Below are positions 41,786-50,041 of a stretch of DNA of 64,000 nt, piece by piece. The stretch comes from a virus. Lineage: Duplodnaviria; Caudoviricetes. The stretch is taken from positions 32,001 to 96,000 of the IMG/VR virus record IMGVR_UViG_2885526491_000007; one strand, given 5' to 3'. Position numbers and translations under genes: made by a program. Every line of letters starts with the position of its first letter. Positions within the stretch are counted from its first letter, which is position 1. The notes under the pieces were generated by a model. That model saw nothing but the letters and a program-made list of their open reading frames with translations. It did no database searches and had not been told where the DNA came from.

Positions 41786-42925
41786 TTAAGCAAATGGATC
41801 ATCGCTCTTATCAGTTGCAAATGGATCGCTCTCAACTTGGCTAAACGGGTCATCTGATTTGTTTGTGTTGTTAAATGGGTCATCGTTGGTTGATGCTGCT
41901 GCTTTTCTGAATTCCTCTTCGGTTAGCAATTCACGCATAATACTACCTTGAACATAGCTCAGTACCTCTAAACCTTTTTTATCTCCATTAGTCACACGTT
42001 CTTGCCGGGTCACTTTTTCGCTACTGTCAACTTGGCTAAACGGGTCATCTGATGCAATTTCCTCCACAACATCTACATAAGCAAATGTCGCCCGGTTATT
42101 ATCCTGTCCAATTACTTCGATGAAATCATATGTATTCAGAGAGGCGAATGCATCAGCCATAGAGATTCCTTGCTCTACTTTCTTCTGATAGACCATCAAT
42201 TCAACATCTTTTGGTTCAGATCTATCCATACCATTTGTTAGGACAACTGCGTTTACTTTTGTATCACCAGTTTCACTATCTTGATATGTGGTATTGATAC
42301 CAATCTGCATATTAAATCGATTTACTTCAATAAAGTCAGGTGATTGGAAATCACAAACATAGTTAATGGTGTTTTTGTCGACTTTAATCTCTTTGACTTC
42401 TCCATCGATAATTACTTTACCTTCATCGTTAACTGGATTGATAAAGCTGATTTGTCTTGAGATTCCTTTAATTACTTTCCCGTCTTCAGCTTCAAACTCG
42501 TATGGGATATATTTCCCCTTAACTTCCACCCAACAATCTTTCTCTACGATCTCTTTAAACTTTTCAATTCTATCCCATTCAGGCTCAATGAGATGATATG
42601 TATTATCTGGATAAGCTTCTTTATTGAATCTTTTATTCCATTCTACTTTTGCAGACTTGCCATGTTGTCTGCTATATGGATATGCAAATGGCTTCTCTTT
42701 GCCTGTAATTTTAACCTTTAGTTCATTACTCATTGCAGTTTCAATAATAAATTGGAATACCTTCTTTTTCCCATCTTCTTCAGTTGAATAGAACGGAATG
42801 TCTTCCCAATTATCTGTATTCTTATCTTTTTCTTTGATCGGTTTTACTTTACCAACGAAATGAAATCCACTATTAAATTCTTTTCCACCATGATTATTGT
42901 TGAGTTTAATTTTGTAATCTGCCAT
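41786..42925 (-). CDS. SSB-like protein (YorF-like)
   Basis: OB-like segments and acidic tail with DDPF repeats; adjacent to the Sak4-like ATPase. Confidence 0.7.
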   Translation of the reverse strand: MADYKIKLNNNHGGKEFNSGFHFVGKVKPIKEKDKNTDNWEDIPFYSTEEDGKKKVFQFIIETAMSNELKVKITGKEKPFAYPYSRQHGKSAKVEWNKRFNKEAYPDNTYHLIEPEWDRIEKFKEIVEKDCWVEVKGKYIPYEFEAEDGKVIKGISRQISFINPVNDEGKVIIDGEVKEIKVDKNTINYVCDFQSPDFIEVNRFNMQIGINTTYQDSETGDTKVNAVVLTNGMDRSEPKDVELMVYQKKVEQGISMADAFASLNTYDFIEVIGQDNNRATFAYVDVVEEIASDDPFSQVDSSEKVTRQERVTNGDKKGLEVLSYVQGSIMRELLTEEEFRKAAASTNDDPFNNTNKSDDPFSQVESDPFATDKSDDPFA

Positions 42926-43265
42926 TAATTAATTTTATCTCCCTTTGTGTATATGTATTTTTGGATTGATGTCTCTTTGGCTAATTCAGTTACATCGGAG
43001 GACTTCTCAATCTGCTCGTCATATGTTTCACCACCTTTTCAGAGTAAACTTGCTGCCTCTATATAATCACGCTTAGCGTGTTATTTTATTCTCCGTCATT
43101 CTTTCATATACTCTCGCATGCTTCACTTTTCAAGCAAAATTTCTTGATGAAACTATTACTTCATCAGCTTTTTTCGTGTTAAGCACCTCATATATCCATT
43201 ATATGCATACATTATCATTTTGTAAATATGTATTTTTATTCTTATTTTGTTGCCGGGTGATCCGG

Positions 43266-43634
43266 CTACAGAAAATACCCAGTAAAACTATTAAATTTAA
43301 CATTTGGGTCTTTGATGTGATAAGTATATATAGTAATTGGATCAATGCAATTCAGTTTGCTTAACTTATCACTATTGATGCGCTCTTGAAATAGGCGCTC
43401 CAATGCCATAGGCGGGTTTACATTGTAGGCTTCTACAAACTCATTTTGCGACCTGTAGCGCGTTTCTGAGATCTTCTGAAATCTATACTGCATAAGCCAA
43501 CTGTTAATTTGCTTCCCATTCATACCGCTGCACTGTCGTACAAATTCTTCGTTGTTTCGATAGTCTTGAAAAAAGAAATTAGCTATAGTAATAAGTCCTA
43601 TCGACTTCTTATCAATATTCAAGGTGTTTTTCAT
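43266..43634 (-). CDS. hypothetical protein
   Basis: GAGG RBS; 122 aa. Confidence 0.6.
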   Translation of the reverse strand: MKNTLNIDKKSIGLITIANFFFQDYRNNEEFVRQCSGMNGKQINSWLMQYRFQKISETRYRSQNEFVEAYNVNPPMALERLFQERINSDKLSKLNCIDPITIYTYHIKDPNVKFNSFTGYFL

Positions 43635-43726
43635 ATTTTCATTTCCTCTCGTATCTTATGATGAATACTGGGTGTGATTTATCTTATGTATTTATTTTAA
43701 TCCATCTTTTAGCACTTGACAAACAC

Positions 43727-43755
43727 TTTAACCCCCCGACTAAAAATGCTTGACA
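43727..43755 (+). repeat. 29-bp inverted repeat, left copy
   Basis: TTTAACCCCCCGACTAAAAATGCTTGACA is the exact reverse complement of 49414-49442. Confidence 0.95.
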
Positions 43756-43816
43756 AGTAGATAATATTGGAAAGTTAGCCATCTTAATGTCGATAAGTGT
43801 CGAATAGAACATTTAT

Positions 43817-43830
43817 AGAACTTGTGTTCG
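43817..43830. promoter_or_regulatory. LexA/DinR SOS box
   Basis: AGAACTTGTGTTCG. Confidence 0.7.
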
Positions 43831-43926
43831 TATTCCTAATTATACAACAATTTATGAGTTAGTCAAAGTATATATACCATTTGGCAACATATTTTATTAC
43901 GTATTTTTATTCCTTATAGGTTGATA

Positions 43927-44307
43927 TCACTTCTTGCCAAATAACTTCTTAAAATACTCTTTTACAACACTCTTTCGGGAATCTCCTATGATCTCTATGT
44001 AATCGTTCGCCTGTACATCAAAAAACATCTTACCTTTTTCATAGTCAATATGTTCTGCATGATATAAGTTACCCATTCTACCACGATCTACAACGACTAA
44101 TCCATGATGCTTGTGCATCAAATGCATGATTGCATCATTGCTTGTACAATAAATGAAATCTCCCCCATCAGTATGAAAAACAGTCTTATATTCCTTTTTG
44201 CCATTGATCAACTCTTTACTTGAAGATTTGATATCAACAATCTTTAACCATTCGGCTTCATCATTTATTTTTTTTCCCTCTTTCCTCTGGACAATAATGT
44301 GATCCAT
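43927..44307 (-). CDS. stand-alone LytTR-family DNA-binding protein
   Basis: FHT..G......L....GLVVVDRGRMGNL..AEHID..KGKMFF; no receiver domain. Confidence 0.7.
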   Translation of the reverse strand: MDHIIVQRKEGKKINDEAEWLKIVDIKSSSKELINGKKEYKTVFHTDGGDFIYCTSNDAIMHLMHKHHGLVVVDRGRMGNLYHAEHIDYEKGKMFFDVQANDYIEIIGDSRKSVVKEYFKKLFGKK

Positions 44308-44332
44308 TCTATTACACCTCTTTTGATAAATC

Positions 44333-44360
44333 TGCCCTCCACATTTTAGTGCAGAGGGCA
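44333..44360 (-). terminator. stem-loop between agrD and lytTR
   Basis: TGCCCTC...GAGGGCA inverted repeat. Confidence 0.55.
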
Positions 44361-44366
44361 TTGTTA

Positions 44367-44501
44367 TTATTTTAATTCTTCAGGTACTGGCTCATTGTGA
44401 ATCAATGTCCAGCTTGCAGTATTAACGCCAGCTACAGCAATAGCTGTCAGCAAAAATCCAAATGCAGTCATACCAAATTTCATCATTTTAATTTTATTCA
44501 T
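44367..44501 (-). CDS. agrD: AgrD-type cyclic lactone autoinducer precursor
   Basis: MNKIKMMKFGMTAFGFLLTAIAVAGVNTASWTLIHNEPVPEELK; AAAGGAGGTGA RBS; overlaps the agrB stop; below the ORF-track cutoff. Confidence 0.9.
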   Translation of the reverse strand: MNKIKMMKFGMTAFGFLLTAIAVAGVNTASWTLIHNEPVPEELK

Positions 44502-45027
44502 TCCTATCACCTCCTTTCAAGCGAATCAAAAGGAGACTTTGAGCAAACATCGAACAACTGATAATGGGGTCTCTTATTAAAGCTCCCACTAGTACCGTAA
44601 GAATTGCTATGTACTTTAAGTATATAAAATATTTACTAAGAATCTTTGTTTGGTTCTCAATATTTGATGGTGCGAAGATTGTCACCAATATTAAAGCTGC
44701 TATAGAAAATATCCATTCTATACCTTCAAATAAATTTCCGAATGTCGCAATTGTCAATATCAGTATGCTTGAGTAAATCAAACATATCTCAGGGTATTTG
44801 CTGTGATATCCTCCAGAAGAAAGCCGCAGCGCAGAAAATGACAGAATACTGATTAAAACATTATTATAAATGTTAAACATCAAACCCACAAGTAACAATA
44901 ACATGATAGGTAAGATATTTGAAACAATAAACTTTATTCCGTATCTGGTGATCCCATATGGCGGCAATTCAGTCGGAAAGCGATCAACTAATTTTCGTGA
45001 AATATTGTTTACATAATTATCTATCAT
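44494..45027 (-). CDS. agrB: AgrB peptide-processing membrane protease
   Basis: LRLSSGGYHS...C catalytic motif, FAP, multiple TMs. Confidence 0.93.
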   Translation of the reverse strand: MIDNYVNNISRKLVDRFPTELPPYGITRYGIKFIVSNILPIMLLLLVGLMFNIYNNVLISILSFSALRLSSGGYHSKYPEICLIYSSILILTIATFGNLFEGIEWIFSIAALILVTIFAPSNIENQTKILSKYFIYLKYIAILTVLVGALIRDPIISCSMFAQSLLLIRLKGGDRNE

Positions 45028-45668
45028 GCCAACTCACTCTTTTCCTTAACAACATCAATGAATATAATATTGATTAGACATATTAACCAGAATAACAGTC
45101 CTAGGTATACATTCTCAATTTGCTTTACATTGTATAATATCACTACTGCCAACAGACCCAGAGTACAACTGATAATATTTGTTTTATTGAGTTTAATTTT
45201 AAACGTATAATCATATGGTAGTGTGGTGTACCAAATTCTTCTTTTTTGCAAAATTAACGTTAGAGCTATTAGAAAACCATCGCCTATCAATTGAATGTAC
45301 ATCCCGAAATTTTCAAGAGTATAAGTATAGCCTGATCCAGAGGCCACCATGATTAAAATGGCTATTATCATTTGAGAAACAAATTGTGCTCCGAATCCGT
45401 AAATTGCTAACTTAACACTACTCCAAGGTCTTATCCGAAAGTAAAATGTAAGTGATATAGCCAGTAACAGAAAACATATGATGGGAATAAAACTTGATAT
45501 TGCTTCATTGGACTTCATGTAAAAAGTGCCTATTGAGATAACTACGTTTGTGACTAATATTTCCTTCCAATAATCTCGAAAACTCACTTTAAAACAACCA
45601 AAGGCGAACATAAAAATTGTAATACCATCTAATAAAGACATTAGTGCATAAATCAGATCGTTTTTCAT
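45024..45668 (-). CDS. polytopic membrane protein resembling an AgrC sensor domain without a kinase
   Basis: About 6-7 TMs, 214 aa, ATGA-coupled to agrB; no H-box or HATPase motifs. Confidence 0.7.
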   Translation of the reverse strand: MKNDLIYALMSLLDGITIFMFAFGCFKVSFRDYWKEILVTNVVISIGTFYMKSNEAISSFIPIICFLLLAISLTFYFRIRPWSSVKLAIYGFGAQFVSQMIIAILIMVASGSGYTYTLENFGMYIQLIGDGFLIALTLILQKRRIWYTTLPYDYTFKIKLNKTNIISCTLGLLAVVILYNVKQIENVYLGLLFWLICLINIIFIDVVKEKSELA

Positions 45669-45689
45669 TTCATCTTGTCTCCCACTGTT

Positions 45690-45748
45690 TAAGAATAAAT
45701 ATATGTATTTGATAAACTAAGAATAACATGCATTTATTAATAAGTCAA
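45690..45748 (-). promoter_or_regulatory. promoter of the agr-like operon with two operator-like motifs
   Basis: Minus strand TTGACT-17-TATTCT; TAAGAATAA motifs on the plus strand at 45690 and 45719. Confidence 0.6.
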
Positions 45749-45785
45749 ACACTTTTATAAAAAAAAGAAGAATAAAGGATTAACC

Positions 45786-46811
45786 TTATTCTTCTCCATA
45801 AAACTTCTCTATATTTTCAATGTTTAAAAAATCTGCCTTTAGTCTTCCATACGAGATTTCACCATTTTTACCTATGCCTACATTATATTGCCTCAACACT
45901 TGCTCATAGTCTTCCTTACCCAACTTTTTGTCATTTTCATAATACAACTCACTAGCCAACTTTAGCATCCCACTGTTTCGTATGTTCGTCGCAGTTAACA
46001 TTGGTAACTGGTACATTTCAGCAATCCTGGCTATCCTTCTGTTTATTAGCGCTGGAGCAGATGGAGTATTACCAGAAGATTTTGTGCGTGCGTTTTCGGC
46101 AGCTCTTATTATATAGTCAGTCTTGACTAGATAATTTTTGTTGTTTCTCATTCCTTCAAAGTCAAGGCCATTATTCTTAAAGTATATATCCTCGTCATTT
46201 GCTATTCGCATTATATTGTACAAGTCAGATGTAACCTTCAGAGTTCTTTCTTTGTTTCCATCAACAGTTTCATTAATCAAGCGAACATTGTAGTGATCTG
46301 GATCATCATTTATTTCCTCAAAGAATTTCATTTTTAATGTTAAAAGCTCACTATATTGTCTACCATAGATTCCTTCGTATAGACCAAGTATTACCGCTTT
46401 ATCTTGATAATTTATACATTCGTCAACAACATCTTTCTTAATTTCAGTGTAACTAAAGAGTGTTTGCTCACTCGTGTCCAAAAATTGTTTATAAAATTCT
46501 CCAGACGCAACTGCATCAAGTGGATTTATGTTGTCAGTACGAAGATCCTGTTCAATAGCCCATCTTATATAATTTTGAATAATATTGCCTGAATGCATTA
46601 CAGTACTAAGTTTAGTAGCCTTTAGAATAAACAATAACTGTTTTATTTCATCTAAATTAAAGTCATATAGGTCTTTTCCAAGTTTGTTTTCTATTTTTGC
46701 AGCTCTCAACAATACTCTGCTATATGCTTTTTTTGTTGATTCAATTTGATCTTTTAAGTACCTGCTCTTTTGATTAGGATTGTAGAACTCCTCATAATAT
46801 ATCTTGTTCAT
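45786..46811 (-). CDS. MrpR/YopR (SroF)-like lysogeny repressor, integrase fold
   Basis: FYN...K..YL...E..LGKDLYDF...YI.WAI...INYQDKAVI..LYEGI.G..YSELL.L matches the SPbeta YopR pattern. Confidence 0.85.
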   Translation of the reverse strand: MNKIYYEEFYNPNQKSRYLKDQIESTKKAYSRVLLRAAKIENKLGKDLYDFNLDEIKQLLFILKATKLSTVMHSGNIIQNYIRWAIEQDLRTDNINPLDAVASGEFYKQFLDTSEQTLFSYTEIKKDVVDECINYQDKAVILGLYEGIYGRQYSELLTLKMKFFEEINDDPDHYNVRLINETVDGNKERTLKVTSDLYNIMRIANDEDIYFKNNGLDFEGMRNNKNYLVKTDYIIRAAENARTKSSGNTPSAPALINRRIARIAEMYQLPMLTATNIRNSGMLKLASELYYENDKKLGKEDYEQVLRQYNVGIGKNGEISYGRLKADFLNIENIEKFYGEE

Positions 46812-46812
46812 T

Positions 46813-48138
46813 TTATTTTACACCTCTAAAAATAGATTCAAAATAACTTATCAAGTTATTGCGCGCTAAATTATTTCCTCTTATGCCCTTAGTACTCAAC
46901 ATACCTATCAGTTTTTCATCATCAAAATCGATCTGGTTAATCATTTTATTTAAATCTCTAAGATTAATATCTTGTTCTTGCATATATTTAGACAGCACAA
47001 TGTATCCTATAAACATTAAAGGGTGTCTCATTACAGAGTTAGTACTTTCTTTAGCTTTTAAGGAGAATTCATCTGGATATTTCCCCACAAGGTATGCGAA
47101 AAAATCAACCAAATAGTCGCTAGTCTCTAAAACATCAAACTGTATTTTTAGTGGAAAAACTTTATCTATAGTATATGAAAGGATATCAAAAGTCGTAAGC
47201 TCTCCTGCTGGTATACTAACTTGAGATGACGATGCTATTCGTTTACCTATTTCAGATTTTCTTTGTAGGTTAGCTACCACTTTATCTGACATTCTTTCTT
47301 GAGCAAGCTCTTTTCTTCTTTCTGTCTTAAGAACATTAATTGTGTTTATTTGCCCAAAGAATTTTTGAGCTGTCTCATGATCATAAGTTCTCACAGATAG
47401 TATTTCAACTAAGTCAGCATTCGGATTGATCTCTAGAGCAGCCAAGGCTCCCTGAAGACGATGGAATCCATCCAAAATAGATATAATAGCACCATCATTT
47501 ATAGTCAATGTTCTAGTTTCTTCATGATAGGTTACTGGTTCTATCTCAGTTGAGTATACGTTTAATACTATCATATCTTCTAAATAATCATTATCAGCCA
47601 TTTTTTTAGAAATGCGCTTTACACTGGCTTTATTTACTATTGGCGTTTTGACTATACCACCAGAAGCATTTGTCTTATATTTAGCACCACGTTGAGTTTC
47701 ATAGTCGTAAATTATTAGCTGACTTTCAAACATTTTTACTAATTCTTTTATTGAAATCTTTGTTACAAAACTGTCGTACTTTATTTTTATAACATCATTT
47801 AGCGGGATAGGCAGGTATATCTTTTCACTTATTGTTTGACCAAGAATATCCAAAGCATCTCTAACTTCTCTGTCTCCAAACAAGGTCTCTGTATGTAAAT
47901 CTCTATCTTTAGTTAACTTATATACTGCAATAGAGATACCTACAAGTAGTGGAATATCCACTTCCGAAATTATTTCCTCATTAGCTAGTATAGACTCAAC
48001 CATTCCATAAGGCACATTTAATTCAGAAAGAAATACATTTAATTCATTTAATGATTTTCTTGATTTCTTAACTAAATTTAGGCTTTTAATTATTCTTATT
48101 TCAATCTCTTTTCGATCAATTTGCATACTTATGTACAC
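46813..48138 (-). CDS. YopQ (SroE)-like DGQHR/DndB-ParB-fold protein
   Basis: YDYETQR, ILDGFHRL, FGQIN; directly upstream of the MrpR-like gene as in SPbeta. Confidence 0.8.
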   Translation of the reverse strand: MYISMQIDRKEIEIRIIKSLNLVKKSRKSLNELNVFLSELNVPYGMVESILANEEIISEVDIPLLVGISIAVYKLTKDRDLHTETLFGDREVRDALDILGQTISEKIYLPIPLNDVIKIKYDSFVTKISIKELVKMFESQLIIYDYETQRGAKYKTNASGGIVKTPIVNKASVKRISKKMADNDYLEDMIVLNVYSTEIEPVTYHEETRTLTINDGAIISILDGFHRLQGALAALEINPNADLVEILSVRTYDHETAQKFFGQINTINVLKTERRKELAQERMSDKVVANLQRKSEIGKRIASSSQVSIPAGELTTFDILSYTIDKVFPLKIQFDVLETSDYLVDFFAYLVGKYPDEFSLKAKESTNSVMRHPLMFIGYIVLSKYMQEQDINLRDLNKMINQIDFDDEKLIGMLSTKGIRGNNLARNNLISYFESIFRGVK

Positions 48139-48330
48139 TCTCCTTTAGATTCATTATAGCATATAAGCATAAATATAATACATTATCTAAAGGGATAACA
48201 ATATATCTTTATTATTGCTTCATAATATTTTAACAATTAAATCTCACTAAAAAACTATTACTTAACTTCTGATAACTAATTTACTACAATTTTATTGCTA
48301 TTGCAAAACGTTTATATAGCAAAAAAAGCC

Positions 48331-48549
48331 TCATAATACTTGAGGCTTCTCATTATCTTTAATCCATTGTTTTAGATTTAAATTAGTTTTTATTATTGTA
48401 TTGTTCTCATTATCATAAATTCTATAACCATTAAACATGAAATTGTTTAGTTCATGAGGTTTGTTTGTTCCAATGCCTAAAAACTTCCACGTCTCTAGCT
48501 TCGAATTTGAATCATATTTTACCAACTTCATTAAACAATACCTCTTCAT
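48331..48549 (-). CDS. hypothetical protein
   Basis: GAGGGGG RBS. Confidence 0.55.
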   Translation of the reverse strand: MKRYCLMKLVKYDSNSKLETWKFLGIGTNKPHELNNFMFNGYRIYDNENNTIIKTNLNLKQWIKDNEKPQVL

Positions 48550-48649
48550 ACAAACTAAGCCCCTCTGTTACTACGATAATTAACATGTTAAAATGAAGAT
48601 TCATGAATACTCCCATTGTTTTGGGAGTCTTTTGCTATGCAAAAATATT

Positions 48650-48666
48650 GGAACGATTTTCGTTCC
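48650..48666. promoter_or_regulatory. palindromic operator upstream of the XRE gene
   Basis: GGAACG-ATTTT-CGTTCC. Confidence 0.5.
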
Positions 48667-48702
48667 ACCTTACTTCTATTATTATAAAAGGAGACTTTTT
48701 AC

Positions 48703-48930
48703 ATGTCAAGTTCTAATACTAATTGGTGGTTTGAGATCACGCTAGAGCAAATTCTTGCTTCAAAAGATATATCTAAAAGAGAGCTGTCTAGGCTAACAGG
48801 AATTAGACATTCTACTATTAATGATTTATGTAATAATAAGGTCAAACAAATCCCTTTAAGTAATTTAGCTTCTATATGTGAGGCATTAAATATTACCAAT
48901 TTAAACGAGCTAATTAAACTACATAAGTAA
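48703..48930 (+). CDS. XRE/Cro-type HTH regulator
   Basis: ISKRELSRLTGIRHSTINDLCNN...LASICEALNI. Confidence 0.92.
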   Translation: MSSSNTNWWFEITLEQILASKDISKRELSRLTGIRHSTINDLCNNKVKQIPLSNLASICEALNITNLNELIKLHK

Positions 48931-48934
48931 TAGA

Positions 48935-49303
48935 TTACATTTGTAAAGATATTGACAATGCTTTACTTATTGGCTGTTGAAATTTTTCTGGAAGAGTAGC
49001 AATTTTAAACTCTAATTGATCTTTGGATATTGTCATTATCTGCTCTAATAGAATAATACTGTCGTCATAAAGTTCAATCTCATTTGCCTCTACTCTAACA
49101 TGAGTTGGCATTGGCTTTTTTACTTTGCTTGTAACTGGAGCCACAATAACCACTGGACTAAATTTATTTCCTTTATCATTCCCCAAAACAACTACTGGTC
49201 TTTCTCCGCTTTGTACACTACCTTTATTTCTTCCTAAATTAGCATTCCACATATCAAGTCGTTTAACTTCTTTATTCATAATTCGATCCATAGCCACTGC
49301 CAT
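48935..49303 (-). CDS. mazF: MazF/PemK-family endoribonuclease (orphan)
   Basis: GSVQSGERPVVVLGNDKGNKFSP..IVAPVTS...PTHV...DSIILLEQI.TISK, close to Bacillus NdoA/MazF. Confidence 0.92.
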   Translation of the reverse strand: MAVAMDRIMNKEVKRLDMWNANLGRNKGSVQSGERPVVVLGNDKGNKFSPVVIVAPVTSKVKKPMPTHVRVEANEIELYDDSIILLEQIMTISKDQLEFKIATLPEKFQQPISKALSISLQM

Positions 49304-49400
49304 GATATCACACTCCGCATTTTCATTATATTTATTGTTTATATTTGTTTGTCATCTGTATATTTATTATTATAATAGATTGAACTTCATATAACAATAG

Positions 49401-49414
49401 GGAACTTATGTTCT
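49401..49414. promoter_or_regulatory. LexA/DinR SOS box upstream of mazF
   Basis: GGAACTTATGTTCT overlapping a minus-strand TTGACA. Confidence 0.65.
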
Positions 49415-49442
49415 GTCAAGCATTTTTAGTCGGGGGGTTAAA
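49414..49442 (-). repeat. 29-bp inverted repeat, right copy
   Basis: TGTCAAGCATTTTTAGTCGGGGGGTTAAA. Confidence 0.95.
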
Positions 49443-49515
49443 TATTTCCAAAACAAGGTATATTCTATTGACAAATAGGATATATATGTAATTAAAAGTA
49501 ATCTGAGGTGAAAAC

Positions 49516-50001
49516 ATGATAAGAAAAGATAGTTGGAATGCTGATGAGGATAAATTACTAGCTACTATTGTATTAAACTATATAACTACTGGAGAAACAC
49601 AATTAAAAGCATTTTATGATGTAGGCCTAGAGCTTGATCGCACAGCCGCCGCCTGTGGTTTTAGATGGAACTCTTACCTTAGACAAAAATACATTGAAGA
49701 GATTATAGAAGCCAAACATAGAAAATTAAGCAATAAACGCTCTTCGATAAAATCTCCTCCATTTACTCTTAATATTGAATACATTGTTGAATACCTTCAA
49801 GCACTTAAACAGGATCTAATATTGTCTGAAGCTCAGATACGGCTCATCAAGGTAAAGATACAGGATGTATCATCAGAAATCGATTCTAGGCGCTCTGAGA
49901 TGTCTCTAGATGCGAGTCAAAATAGAGACGCTCTTGCAGCTCTAATTGCTAAAGCATCAGAACTAGGATTATTTGAACACAACAAAAAACCCGCCATTTA
50001 A
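49516..50001 (+). CDS. rsfA: RsfA-family sporulation transcription regulator
   Basis: RKDSW..DED.LLA..VL.YI..G.TQL.AF..VG..L.RTAAACGFRWNS.LR..Y. Confidence 0.92.
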   Translation: MIRKDSWNADEDKLLATIVLNYITTGETQLKAFYDVGLELDRTAAACGFRWNSYLRQKYIEEIIEAKHRKLSNKRSSIKSPPFTLNIEYIVEYLQALKQDLILSEAQIRLIKVKIQDVSSEIDSRRSEMSLDASQNRDALAALIAKASELGLFEHNKKPAI

Positions 50002-50014
50002 TTGGTGGGTTTTG
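49984..50014. terminator. bidirectional terminator
   Basis: AAAACCCGCCA...TGGTGGGTTTT between convergent genes. Confidence 0.7.
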
Positions 50015-50041
50015 TTATTTAATCTATGTGAAATCTACATT

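Noticed and set aside
41832-42053. 27-bp direct repeat in the SSB-like gene
   Set aside because: Explained by the repeated SDDPFSQV peptide; an intragenic duplication, not a mobile-element end
45786-46811. Active phage integrase
   Set aside because: Integrase fold but no recognisable R...HxxR...Y catalytic set; matches the YopR/MrpR repressor pattern
46813-48138. Dnd phosphorothioation system
   Set aside because: Only a DGxHR-domain gene; no dndACDE; context equals SPbeta yopQ-yopR
43000-50000. Arbitrium aimR/aimP
   Set aside because: No TPR receptor or AimP-like peptide seen in this window; it could lie outside
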